From positions 682,001 through 746,000 of the forward strand of contig JAQGDQ010000028.1 of NCBI GenBank assembly GCA_030141605.1: a stretch of 64,000 nt of DNA. The letters run 5' to 3'. The translations under genes were made by a program, and so were the position numbers. Source of the DNA: Tubiluchus corallicola. Lineage: Eukaryota; Animalia; Priapulida. The notes beneath the pieces were generated by a model that was not told the origin of the DNA, did no database searches, and worked only from the letters and a program-made list of their open reading frames with translations. Below are positions 39,901-64,000 of the stretch, piece after piece (the first letter of the stretch is position 1; every line of letters starts with the position of its first letter).

Positions 39901-42900
39901 TAATTATGCCACTATTTCAAACTGGGTATTTTTTCGACAGAATTTGTTTGGAATTAGGGTAAGTGGCTCCACACACAGAGTAAAACTGTACAAGTAATGA
40001 AGCAAACACCATATTCACTACAAAAAGTAAATTATGTAGCTCTTGCTTGGAGTAACATGTAACCAAGTTTCTAACGATAATCTTGATCATCATCATCATT
40101 AACACAACAACTGCTGACACATTTACATTTTCATTCAAACAATAATACTGGTCAGTTATATTAAGAGGTGTGCTGGCTGCTTTGTTTCATAACAAGGGAA
40201 AATGATACAAATTCTACATTATCAAGCCTTAGAAACATATAACCCTAAACCTTTTTCTGGCAAGCAACTCGACTTCCTCTATGATCAATAAAAAATTTGC
40301 CTTATCAGTCATTTTAGGAAATTTTAGGAAACAGAACATCTAGTCAAATGCCCAGTATGGAAGCAAAAAGGGATGAAGTTTTTTTTGCTATTTATTAAGG
40401 CCATAGATCTTCATAAGCAGGATCTTGAGTTTTAAAGTTATTCACAAACTGTAGCGCCTTGTAATGACATGAATGTAGGCAAGACATTGGCATTATGTAA
40501 CAATTTGCACAAACATCTTCCTTCTCCATCTTTCTGTGATCCGACGACTTCAAAATGCTGAAACTAATCTACGTAATCTTTTTATACCTGAGTCAGTATA
40601 AAATGCGACGTACACGTGATGTACAAAATAATGTACAATAGAATTTAGTGCACAAAACGCAGAATAGAAATAATAGTAGTAATAGAATAGCGATAGTAAT
40701 AGAACATGACTTACCACTTTATCTTCATGTTCTAATTCTAGTCCTTCTTCTATCAAACTTTCTTCAAATTTCTGTCTCTTCTGCACTTTTCTTGGATCTT
40801 CATCTGTGTAAGCGAGAACGTAGTCGATGCGACGCACGCCATCATTGAGATACAACTCCTCCAATCTCTTGTAAGAAAGAATTTCAACAATGAATGATTC
40901 ATGACTGTAAAATGCAAATTTATGTAATAATAAAAGTCTGTTATCTTTAGTTCATTAAACATGATTACAGAAACAATGAATGGCAGGCCTTGGAAAAAAG
41001 GACCACCAGAAAAGCAAAGAAACAGCAGCTTCTCAGGCAAACAGGGACTGAAAAACAAATTACTTCTAGCATCTACCACCAAAAAACGAACAATATTAGC
41101 AATTTAGTAGTGCTCTTATTTTACACTGTAAGTAAATACCGTCTTCCAAATGTACAGTTATACAACTTACACTCAAAACTTGTAATTATTATTGTAAAAG
41201 AACAATAAAAAACAATCTGCATTTTGGAAAAATATTGCTGCCAAGCTTTTAAACTGCCAGTGTAATTTACTAGTAAAAGTCATTGTAAACAACTAATGAT
41301 CACAGTCCGTTCTTAGATAATTCATTGCTTCAAATGTAGTGAAATTTAAACTGTAAAGCATTTAATAATAAAAGACAATAAAGTTCATCTCTTAAATGCA
41401 TAATAGTGCCTATATCAGATACAATGACAGTACTTCAGTCATACAAATAGAACCATTATGCCACTTTAAGCAAAACGATATGTTCAAAGAAAGCAAATTT
41501 TTCACAGCTAATTTTTCCTTTCTTGCAATAACACCTGTACACAGAAATCTTCACATTTTTTTACACGCCTCCTCCACAAATGCTTGGCGAATGTGTTAAA
41601 ACATTTACCATTTCTCTGTACCGTTCATCAGTTTACATTGCATTATGAAATACAACTAACATCCAATGCAACTCATACTAATTATTAGTAATATGTTGTT
41701 AATTTTTTTTCACTACTAATTCTAGTGGCCTAACACAAGCTAGCTTCTTAAGGATTCATGAATTATATCGTATTTTTGATGTATTAACAAAAAATTGATT
41801 ATCAATGTACTTGTAATGCATAAGTATTTGTTTACTGTGAAATAAATCTATTGAAATGAAAAAAATAGAAAGAAAAAGCTTTGCTACTTTATTCATTAAA
41901 ATTAAAAAGAAATGAAAAATGAATTTTTTAGCATTACCACAGTATATTTTAGCTTCTCTCACGATAACGAAATATAGATACAAAAATCGATAATAATTTT
42001 TATATTATGGCATATGTGACAAATAAAATATGTCTATAACTGTTCTGAAGGTAAACAATCAGTGTTTATAATTAAATTACATAGAAACTTAATACACAGA
42101 AAGTCCTAAATTTACCACAACTGTCAAAATTCACTTACACCCTTTACATGTCAGACCATTTCAGTTTGTCGGGTGCTGCCTTTAACCTGTTGTCCTTGTG
42201 TATTACACAAGGAGTTTTTCAAAGTGATTCTAAGCTGATTTGCATCATTATAATACAGTGGCATGATATATAGGAGAAACAGTAGCATTATTGTTTGGTA
42301 TTTGGATGTGCAAGGCAGATTACTAGACAGTCTGCTAACGTTGGTCCGACTTATGTCGTAACATGATCTTCAAGTTAGACTTCTTGCATAATCAAGATTT
42401 TTTTTTACTTTTGAAATAAAAGTCATTGTGAATTTAAAAAAACTGGAATAATATTTGAAACAGAAGCTGACCACAATTAAAAAAAATTCAAGGAAAAATG
42501 TCTAAAATTAATGAAACCAGTACTCCTGATTTAATCTGTTAAATAAGCATATTAATGAACTATTATTGTATCTCACAATTACTGGAAATAAGTTGATATA
42601 TGTAAATGCAATTTTTATGATAATATGATACAAAAGGATGAGTACCGAAGGGATTGATTCGGCAGATTCTTCGTCTTGCCTCAAAAAACTTTTTCCTGAA
42701 AATAATGAAAATTATGATTGTTACAAAATTCATGCTTTCATATTGATTCATGCTCTCACATACTCAAGTTATATTAATAGTTATTACAAGTTATGTACAT
42801 AATTTTCAAAATTCTGTTGAGTCAGTTAGATTGATTAATTTACATATTTTATACATAACATCTAAGATTTTTTTACATTTCTTATTAATATTCTGCTAAG

Positions 42901-45500
42901 AAATTTTATGTTCAACATCGAAGCTCTTCAGGTTGTTTAATCTAACACTTTACTTCTATCAAGAAAGCTGTTAAAATACTTTAGTTTACACAAAAAATTA
43001 AAAGTACAAACACTAAAAGACAAATTTATAATACCAGAACATGCTTGAAATTAATATTTGGTTAACCAATTAAAGTAAATATGTAAACATGTCTGAGAAA
43101 AATTGTATAACTGGTCTATTACACCTATACTTAGTTTGGTAAAGATAACATAAGGCGATTGTGCGATTAATATACAAGTCTAAAATATTTTTTGGTGTAC
43201 AAAAAAAAACTGCCAAAAATGTACAAATATATGTTAGTATTCACAACAGAAAGACTAGCTCTTATATTAGTAGTTTTAAACTTGTAAAAAAAGTTCATAT
43301 ATCATCTGCAATGGCAACAACATACACATAACGGCAAACAGGAAAACAGCATTTTATTTGGGGAACACAGTAGTCGTCAAAGTATAGCTATTCACAGTAT
43401 CCCAGTATAGACTAGAAGAATACGGAAGAAAAAGAGGAATGCTCACAAGTCAAGAAACGGAATACTCACAACTCAAGAAACAAAGCTACAAAATCAGCAG
43501 GAAAAATGTAAGGGCCGAGATAAAAGTTCAGTTTTGGCTGACACTAAAATTACATAATTTTGTTAAAGGCTTGGCTGAAAAATTGGATAACATGGTCAGC
43601 AGGTACAAAGAAACATCTTTTGTCTACATCATTATTGTAATGCCACATTGCACAATCATGTGAAACAGAACATTACTAAAGTCATGGGCTCAGAGAGAGA
43701 GAGGCACAACTGCTGCTGAGGAATGCCAAATTAAATGTTAAACACAGTTGAAAAGAGACAACAACTGAAGAGAGAGGAGTTACTGAGGCAGAACAGGCAT
43801 CTTTGCAATGAATAAGGAGTAGATGTATATGGATAATTCGGTAATAACATCAAGGTACCTGCCAGAAAAAGGATCGTTCTGCTCAGAAGTCTTCGTAAAA
43901 TGTCTTCCCTAGTTTGTGATTGGAAGTTTACAATTACGTCGTATAGTGATTAATAATATGTGACTTAACAGTAGCAACTAAAATATTCAAATTAGCAAAC
44001 TGAAATTAGCAAATTAACAAATTTTAAGCAAACTAAAAGCATCAAAAAAGTAATAACTGTTTAAAATCAACTGCATGCTTCAGAAGCAAGAAATTTAAAA
44101 TTTCTACATAAAACTTACGTAATTTAAAAATAATGGCAAATAAGGATAAGCAGTTATATTAATGAAATCGTAACCTTTTTAAACAGGCATATGAGTGTAG
44201 TGTCACACAAAACTTTTTCATATAAAATTTTGCTTGCTCTGTATTGTGCATATGATTATGGAAAACAACTGTCATCCACAAAAATGAGATGAAAACCGGG
44301 TTTCTGCACTAAATTTAATGTCTCAGACTGTCTAAGTACATTGTCAAGTAAAAATGCAAACAAGTGTTCTCTGTACAAATCTTTATAACTGCCACCCTCT
44401 TCTCACCTGCTCAGCTTATTCACTCACCTTTAACTTTGGACCACCGCGTTCCTAATAGACTATCATATGATGCTAGAAAACCAATTGATAAACGAACTGG
44501 TAAAAAAGTAATTAAAGCTTTTTATACCATACACTGTTCACAGGCAATAACTAATAAAGCTATGAATGAAAAATAATTTAGTAGAAAAAAACAACTAGTT
44601 AATTTATTCTACGGAGGAAGGGACTATCTAGGACAGAAAGCTCTGTTCACAGCCTCACTGGGCAACCATAATAATGATACAATGATGAGGAACACAATGG
44701 CAACAACAATAGTTAGAAGGTGATGATGATGGCTATGATAATAACAACAACAGCAGCAGCAACAAAACAGTAACCAAAAGCAACAGAAGTGGCAATGGGA
44801 ACCACGACTACGACAGCAAGAACAAAATTTGCTATTTATAAGCATTAAGGTTTACGAGTTTTGTCGAGGACAAATTTATATTTTCAAAAAATTTGAATCA
44901 TCCCATGGTTTCCATTTAACATTCTGACTACAGAAATCAGAGACTAACACTGTATTATTTCACTATTTATGTTCTAACAGTTCTGAGAACTCAATAATTC
45001 ATTATTCCAGGCAGTGTAACCATACAAGTATATGCACAATTTCAAACTTAAATTACTTGGCGAAATTATCAAAGTTGTATACCATCATTATTTGATGAAG
45101 AAGCAGTTGATTTAGTTTGTTGTTCTTGTTCTTCATTACCTGTTGAAAAAAGAACCAATAAATGTCATTTTAATAATAATATAAAAAACGGCATACGCAA
45201 TAGTATACTCAAAGATGTGCCTGGCTAACATTACTGTTAATAATTTGATTAGTTCAAGATTATTAATTTAACATAAAAGCTCATAAAATTCATAATACAG
45301 TACTTATAGAAAAAGAATGATAAAATATAATAAGTTTCATTAAATTATTAGTTCGAGGTGTAACAGCATGTACGTGTGTACTATGTAAGACACAATCTGA
45401 GGGAAGTAATACCTGTTTGGGAACGATCTTGGCTCTTGGACATTGTCGATAAATCATAGAAACTCTCGTTGGTCATAAACACATGAAATAAAGAAAACAT
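15905..45500 (-). CDS. Anoctamin / TMEM16 family protein, copy 1 (ANO3/4/5/6-like, anoctamin-4-like; Ca2+-activated scramblase/channel)
   Basis: Confident phase-consistent exons: 40715-40867, 39591-39689, 38081-38265, 34014-34156, 33450-33505, 32386-32439, 31023-31222, 29505-29610, 28964-29024, 28090-28172, 27429-27566, 26132-26333, 25086-25197, 23879-23939, 23013-23110, 19922-20073, 19089-19294, 17899-18092, 16834-16939, 15905-16237. Tentative exons: 45413-45476/45500, 45083-45139, 42646-42695, 38432-38485. Hallmark motifs: [93 protein letters not shown]. Confidence 0.95.
21002..21310. mobile_element. Palindromic (head-to-head) tRNA-derived SINE/foldback element
   Basis: Arm 21002-21099 is an imperfect reverse complement of 21213-21310. 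The centre has GGTAGCTCAGATGGCAGAGC (tRNA A-box/D-arm) preceded by its own inverted copy. Confidence 0.65.
21560..22397 (+). mobile_element. CR1/L2-clade LINE 3' end (ORF2 C-terminus plus 3' UTR)
   Basis: ORF 21596-21970 (QRKFLRLM...HNTR...[18 protein letters not shown]...FKIMLK) is a typical CR1/L2 post-RT tail. It ends in AATAAA followed by a short TGACTA repeat at 22380-22397. Confidence 0.8.
25314..25935 (+). mobile_element. Non-autonomous hAT element with a dimerization-domain remnant
   Basis: TIRs CAGGGCCGG / CTGGCCCTG and an 8-bp TSD GGTGTTGT/AGTGTTGT. Internal [28 protein letters not shown] is a hAT C-terminal dimerization motif. Confidence 0.85.
27826..27945. repeat. Tandem duplication of an approximately 64-bp unit
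   Basis: CCTCATGAATGTTCAAGT...GATTTTAGATGCCACTCCTGTAAAT occurs twice, with degenerate copies upstream to about 27690. Confidence 0.75.
30391..30535. repeat. 37-bp minisatellite, 4 copies
   Basis: TGAAACTTTTGGCTTTTTGACAACAACAACGATTTTG head-to-tail; the first copy is 34 bp; no spacers. Confidence 0.95.
34492..34970 (+). mobile_element. LINE (Rex1/L2/CR1-group) extreme 3' fragment
   Basis: [27 protein letters not shown] is a characteristic ORF2 C-terminus. A (TCTTA)n tail lies at about 34956-34972. Confidence 0.7.
35019..38029 (-). mobile_element. Decayed hAT (Ac/ZBED1-like) DNA transposon
   Basis: TIRs TAGTGATGT / ACATCACTA, a degenerate 8-bp TSD GTTCACGT/GTTCGCGC, and subterminal CGATAC/CGATT repeats at both ends. 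Interrupted minus-strand transposase motifs: [28 protein letters not shown]. Confidence 0.8.
35290..35645. repeat. CACCA/CATAC low-complexity tract inside the hAT
   Basis: Degenerate pentamer repeats; source of the spurious His/Thr/Pro ORFs. Confidence 0.85.
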
Positions 45501-46339
45501 TTAAATGTATACAAACAACATGCTGACTACAAACAGGCCAGCATATTGCAAAATGATTGAAATGTGTATTAATTTAACGGGAATATGAGCCAGGTTTTAT
45601 AAGAAAATACTATTATAATGCTGTAATTATTCACAACATTGACAGGTTTCAGCAGAGTTTCCATGCTTGAATGACCATGCTTCTGTGGCAATTTAATAGT
45701 ATGCAAAGTTTGTAAAATAAAGTTCGTCATACAGTTGCAATTTAATTTCATGTTACTAATTTATTCTAAGCTAGTAAGGTGTTATTACCAGTACAAATAT
45801 AATACATTTTACCTTACAAATACACTACATTTTAGTACACAAGTATAAATCTTATCAGTGGGTGACTTGCACATAATTCCATAGAGATGTTCAGTTTGCC
45901 ATGTTGTTCTCATTATTCATGTAATACAAAACTTTGCCAGTAGCTCATTGTAAGGTAAAAATGCATGCTGAATTTTCGCAAATTTGGAATCCATGACAAC
46001 TATAATCGTGTATCTATAATCTTTAAGCTATAATCTATAAGCTATCTATCTATAGTCTATCTATCTATAATCTATAAAATAGATTATTACGATCATTTCT
46101 GCAGAGTTTTTGTAGCATCTTCATCATCATGTTCTAGAGCGTGGCCAATAGGTACTTGTTTATCGAAAAATTTAAAATCAAGATACTACAGATTTTTCGC
46201 CAGTCAAGTATTTTTTCAAAAGGGTCATTGACAATGGCACACTACCCAAATTCTAATTACCCAAACATGTTTCTAATAGTTTAATAATGAATTTCACAGG
46301 GAAAACTTAATAGACAATAATTATAACAAGAGAATAAGG

Positions 46340-46540
46340 AAGGCGAGAGAAAAATAGTGAGAGAGAGAGATGGGAGAGAGTGAGTGAGTGACTGACAGAG
46401 ATTGATTTTTTGATTAGTAACAGAGAGACAGAAAAAGAGAGAGAGAGAGAGAAAGAGAGAGATGGAGAGAGAAAGAGTGAGAGAGAGAGAGAGAGAGAGA
46501 GAGGGGGGAGGGAGAAAGAGAGGCAGAGAGGGGGAGAGAT
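46340..46540. repeat. (GA)n-rich microsatellite
   Basis: Directly visible GA runs. Confidence 0.9.
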
Positions 46541-49200
46541 ACTATTGGAATAACATAAATCATAATGTAAAAATTAGATGCGCGCGCGTAACCCAGTGCT
46601 TCGCATTCCGGACTAGTTTTTGGAATCTTAGCTATGTCCTATGCTTGGTATTACAATAACTAATTCTGAGATTTTTGCCTGTCTCTCTTTTTGTTTGTTT
46701 GCATAGCACAGTCAATGCACAGGAATAATATTTAAGTAAATTCATCGTTATTTCAAATTTGCAAATTTACTGACAGTGATACTGCAAAAATTTTCCAAAC
46801 TAATCTAGAGAAAACTTTCAGAATAGTGTTATTATCGCAGGTCGATCGTCCCTGTCAAGGAAATACACAACGATCAATAATTTACTGTTTATAAATCAGA
46901 TAACAAATAAATCACAACAGGTTTCACATACTCAGACCCGGATATTATTTCGCGATTAGTGTGAGCTGAGCTGCAATGCGGTAAGCATTTACGGCAAAAA
47001 ATTACGGCACGTTGATATGACAGCTAGTATAAAGCAGTTCCAAACGTGAAATCCATCATGATGAAAAAACGATGTAGAACATGCTGTGCATCTGGCAAAG
47101 TCACATGTAGTTACATTAGTAGTTTTGTTTACAATGCGCCTCGCTGACAATTGTAGAACGTTGTTGAAAATAGATGAAAAACTGAAAGGGTTATAAATAC
47201 CCAAGGGTTATAAATGTGTATGTCACCTAATTAATTATGTATTTTTTTAGCTTTTTTGCGGCACAATTATCGTAGCTACCTGCATTAATGACGTGCAACA
47301 TTGATTTTTCGCTGTGTAAGATGTTGCAATAAAATTAATTTTTCCAGTGTGAACACATTAACATATTTTCGTTTTACAGATATTAGGTTAATTGTCTGCT
47401 TTATTGCAATAGCTGGAAATCGTTGAATATCCCTCAAAATTAAAGAAAGTATGACCACGGTTTCACGTTGGTACATGCGTATTGCAACACTGTGTGATGT
47501 TTGCGCTTCCTCGACAACCCTGTATACTGAGACGGCAGTTGCTGCTGTACACAGGAGGTGCTACACACCTCCGTTTCGCACAGGTGAGGTGGTACACTGC
47601 AAGCCCATACATGGCAATGTCGAACAAGGGCTAACATTCCACATAGTGTTGCTATTAGACACTGTTAAATAGTGTTAAGTGGTACGCATTTGACTTCAGT
47701 ACTGTAGTCGCTCCACTTTTTAGTACGCCAGTTGGCGCTAGGATATGATGTAGTTAGACAGACTATGTGGCACATATGAAAACCAACGTAAACGCTAAAT
47801 TGATGAATACAAAATGAACCATAAATATGAAGCAAAGTAATGAAAGTACAACAACTATTACAGACATTACAGTTACACTGTATTTTCTTAATATAATATT
47901 TACAGTGACTGAATTACATCCTCTCTTTCTTAAAAAAACAACTTAAAATGGAAACATTTTTTTCATGCCCATAATAGAGAGCAGGGGCCTACACCATCAG
48001 AAATCCAGTAAATATTGATGCAAACCATTCATGTCGTGTGATACGACTTCTAAAGCAAACAGTCTGCAGCACTCTACTAAGCAAGCTTATCATTTTTAGA
48101 ATTCCTGTAAAAATAAAGAAAATCTTGAAACATGCAACGATCCTAAAAGCAGAAACGCGCTTAAGACAACCTTAACTTCAATCTGGGAACTCTTGGGGCA
48201 ATTACTTACATTTAACACAGATTTATTTCAGCTCATACCGAGTTTGTTTACAAGAGGATTGCGATATTGCCTAAAGTTTAGAATTGCCTACTCGATCGGC
48301 TATGGTCCGTTCTATGGAGCCATATGGCCCTGGATAAAGCGGATATTTAGCAACCGAGAGGTTTTTTAAATAATTTGTTTCTTATAGGACAGCGATATAC
48401 TCAAGCTTGTGGCAACATTATTATTGTTTTGTTTACATAATTATATTCTAATTACAATTACATCCAAGAAAGTCCAATTAAAATTCAGTCGATTTTATTT
48501 TTTCCATAATTATATATAAGATACCAAGCATGGTTTGCTATAATTTTAGTAAGTCACCAGAAAAGAACTGACACCCACTGCGCAAATTGTTCTTTGTAAG
48601 GTTTCAACTAAAAAAAACTTGTTCGATTCGATTCAGACGTTGCTCACCGCTTTACTGGACTGGTTGAGTAGGGTCCATCATAGAAATAAGTTTTTTAAAT
48701 CTGTATTTCCCCCAATTATACCCATTTACCCCGGTATTAATCGACACTCCATTGTACATAATACTTCATTACCTAGTTAATGCTAGTTTCATTGCAAAGT
48801 CAAAATTGCTACATGGCCTACTGTGAACATTCTGAATGACCAGATAATGTTTCTTTAATTTTATATTGCGAAATGCATTAATAAGTAAATCAGTCAAAAA
48901 TTATATACTGTATGTCAATGTAGATGAAGGATGCAGCTGCGCAGCTGTATGACAGGCATGACCTGGAGGTCATCGAAATGTGTCACACTACTGTAACATT
49001 TACTGTTTACCACAGTGGCATTTTAAGATAGGAAAAGAGAAAAAAGTTACTGAGCCATAACTACTTGAGTAGTTGTACTAGCAAGAGAATAAAGCTCATC
49101 AGAGTGATATTTCTACAAATTTTGTTTACATTTGTGCCAACATATAAAAAGAAGCGAGAAAACAAGCCTACAGGTACAGAAATGGCATTTAGTTGCATAT

Positions 49201-49206
49201 TTTATT
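49201..49206 (-). terminator. Candidate polyadenylation signal for anoctamin copy 2
   Basis: AATAAA on the minus strand about 1.56 kb after the stop codon. A more proximal one lies near 50584. Confidence 0.3.
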
Positions 49207-50766
49207 AATAACATAGGCAACAATAAGAGTGTAGTTGTAAACTATATTTGTAAAACAATAAATTATGCACACGATCGACGGCAAACCACTAAATAAAATT
49301 TAAGAGTAACCTACTGCTACTTGCACAAGTTCCACAGTGTTACCAGAATCAAATATAAATACATTTTACAGCATTTGGAAGAAAAATTGAAAGCTTTTGC
49401 TTTAGACAAAATGTAAATATATGTTGTCGATCATAAAGAGCTGACTAAAAGAAGTAAAGGCATTCATTTCTCACACGTTGTATAAATAATGCCCTCCTAT
49501 TATGTGTGGAATATGGCACAAATGATTACATTTACTTCTGTTAACAGCCTCAATGCTCGCACTGGGACAATATTTTGATTATATTATGGGGCCTAAAAAT
49601 CCAGAAAGTAAAAATGTAACTACAGACGAAACTAGACAGGTGACATGAAGGTAAAACTTCAGGTAGAGAGATAAAATGATCTACGATACACTTACAAACT
49701 TTTCATATAAATTTCATGCAACAATCATTAATCAGTATAAACAAAAAGTTTACTAATCAGATCAGTTTTTGGTTTTCTTGGCATTGCACTATGAAAAATA
49801 AAATGAAATATAATACATTTGCTTTCGCTATCGCATCAGTTAAAATTAGAAATGAACATAAATGAGTTCTACGACAATCACAAAAGCCATACATATGCAG
49901 CAAGTATATTTCATAGCGTTTGCTACATATATGAAGGCGAGAGGCAGCGAATCATGCCGTTACTTTCAAAATTTCAGTGAAGTTTGCAATGCAAGAGTAA
50001 AATGTAATAATGAATGGCAAACATGAGGAAACTATGCATTTAAATATCTAGTTGTCTCTAAAAGCACACCATGTACAACATACAACATTAGACACTGAGA
50101 TTATTAGTAATATTAAAAAGATCGTATAATATGCTTATCATACATGCACACAAAAACACTGATGCAGGCACCTTCAGTAGTATCAAAATAATATTTTCAA
50201 TAAAGAAAATAGTCTTCATGAACATACGCATACGAAAAAGTGATTAAACAAGTGGGCAATACATAAAATCTTAGTAAAAATTATTAACAAATTCACGTTT
50301 GAGGCAAAATTTTCCTAGTGAAAAATTTCCTCGAGCACAGATTCTGCAAAACATTTGCAAGCTGTAGAAAAAAACTGGAAAACATTAGTGCTTTACAATT
50401 GACTTCATCATCATATTTGCACTTACACAACATTTAAAACAAGTATTTCTTTTTCGCAAAATTTCGTTCCAAATCTGCCAATTCAAACTACTTTTATCAC
50501 AACTAATTTGATTACTCCTTCATGCAGGTCACCACTTGTGCACAAGAATATTTTTAAATTGTACTATTCGAAAGCAGCAGTACTTTATTGAAAAATCAGA
50601 AACCAAAATACTCAGTAAAAAATTCCAATACTTGAGTGACCATTGTTTTTTTCACAAAGAGCTAAAAGTTTCTAGTATAACAAGTGAAATTATACAAGCC
50701 AAAATTACGAGGAAATATAACATTGCCGTATTTTTATATTGCACCTACAGATAATGAATCGATTAG

Positions 50767-63788
<13,022 letters not shown>

Positions 63789-64000
63789 CTGCAATAACCA
63801 ATTAACATGGGATTAATAAGCTGATTAGTAATTACTAGTCTTATTACAGTGTTGCTAAGTAAAATTTAGATATATGGTAAATTAATTATTCTGGCTGCTT
63901 ATTTTGTTGAGGGATGTATTGAAATTAGAATGTGGATAAGACACTTTTGCTGCTCAGTCTCCCATATTAGTTTATTAGCCACGGTAATGAGCCAGGTTCC

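Noticed and set aside
41609-41655. Alternative N-terminal anoctamin exon linking to an acceptor at 40904
   Set aside because: The phases fit, but the acceptor has a poor pyrimidine tract and there is no homology support. Candidates near 42139 and 43858 contain stop codons.

Overview
AT-rich, intron-rich animal genomic DNA, probably an invertebrate; the taxon cannot be determined from this window. I assembled exons by hand using GT-AG sites and reading-frame phase, which gives four protein-coding genes. (1) The 5' part of a DUSP8/DUSP16-type MAP kinase phosphatase on the minus strand, running off the left edge. (2) A SWSAP1-like RAD51-paralog ATPase on the plus strand (about 9213-12874), head-to-head with the DUSP gene. 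(3) A probably complete anoctamin/TMEM16 gene on the minus strand (15905 to about 45500; N-terminal exons tentative). (4) A second, tandem anoctamin paralog on the minus strand (50767 to beyond 64000) with the same exon architecture. Introns contain hAT and pogo-type MITEs, a decayed 3-kb hAT, LINE 3' ends, tRNA-derived SINEs and microsatellites. The most interesting signal is divergence between the two anoctamins. Copy 1 has a repeat-derived C-terminal tail with two calcineurin LxVP-type motifs, a candidate micro-exon with RRxT and PxIxIT-like motifs, and altered pore residues. Copy 2 keeps the consensus pore, ends in a PDZ-type motif, and has its TM6 exon bracketed by complementary (CT)n/(GA)n tracts. 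No CRISPR array, rRNA or intact tRNA was found. Family assignments come from recalled motifs, not database searches.
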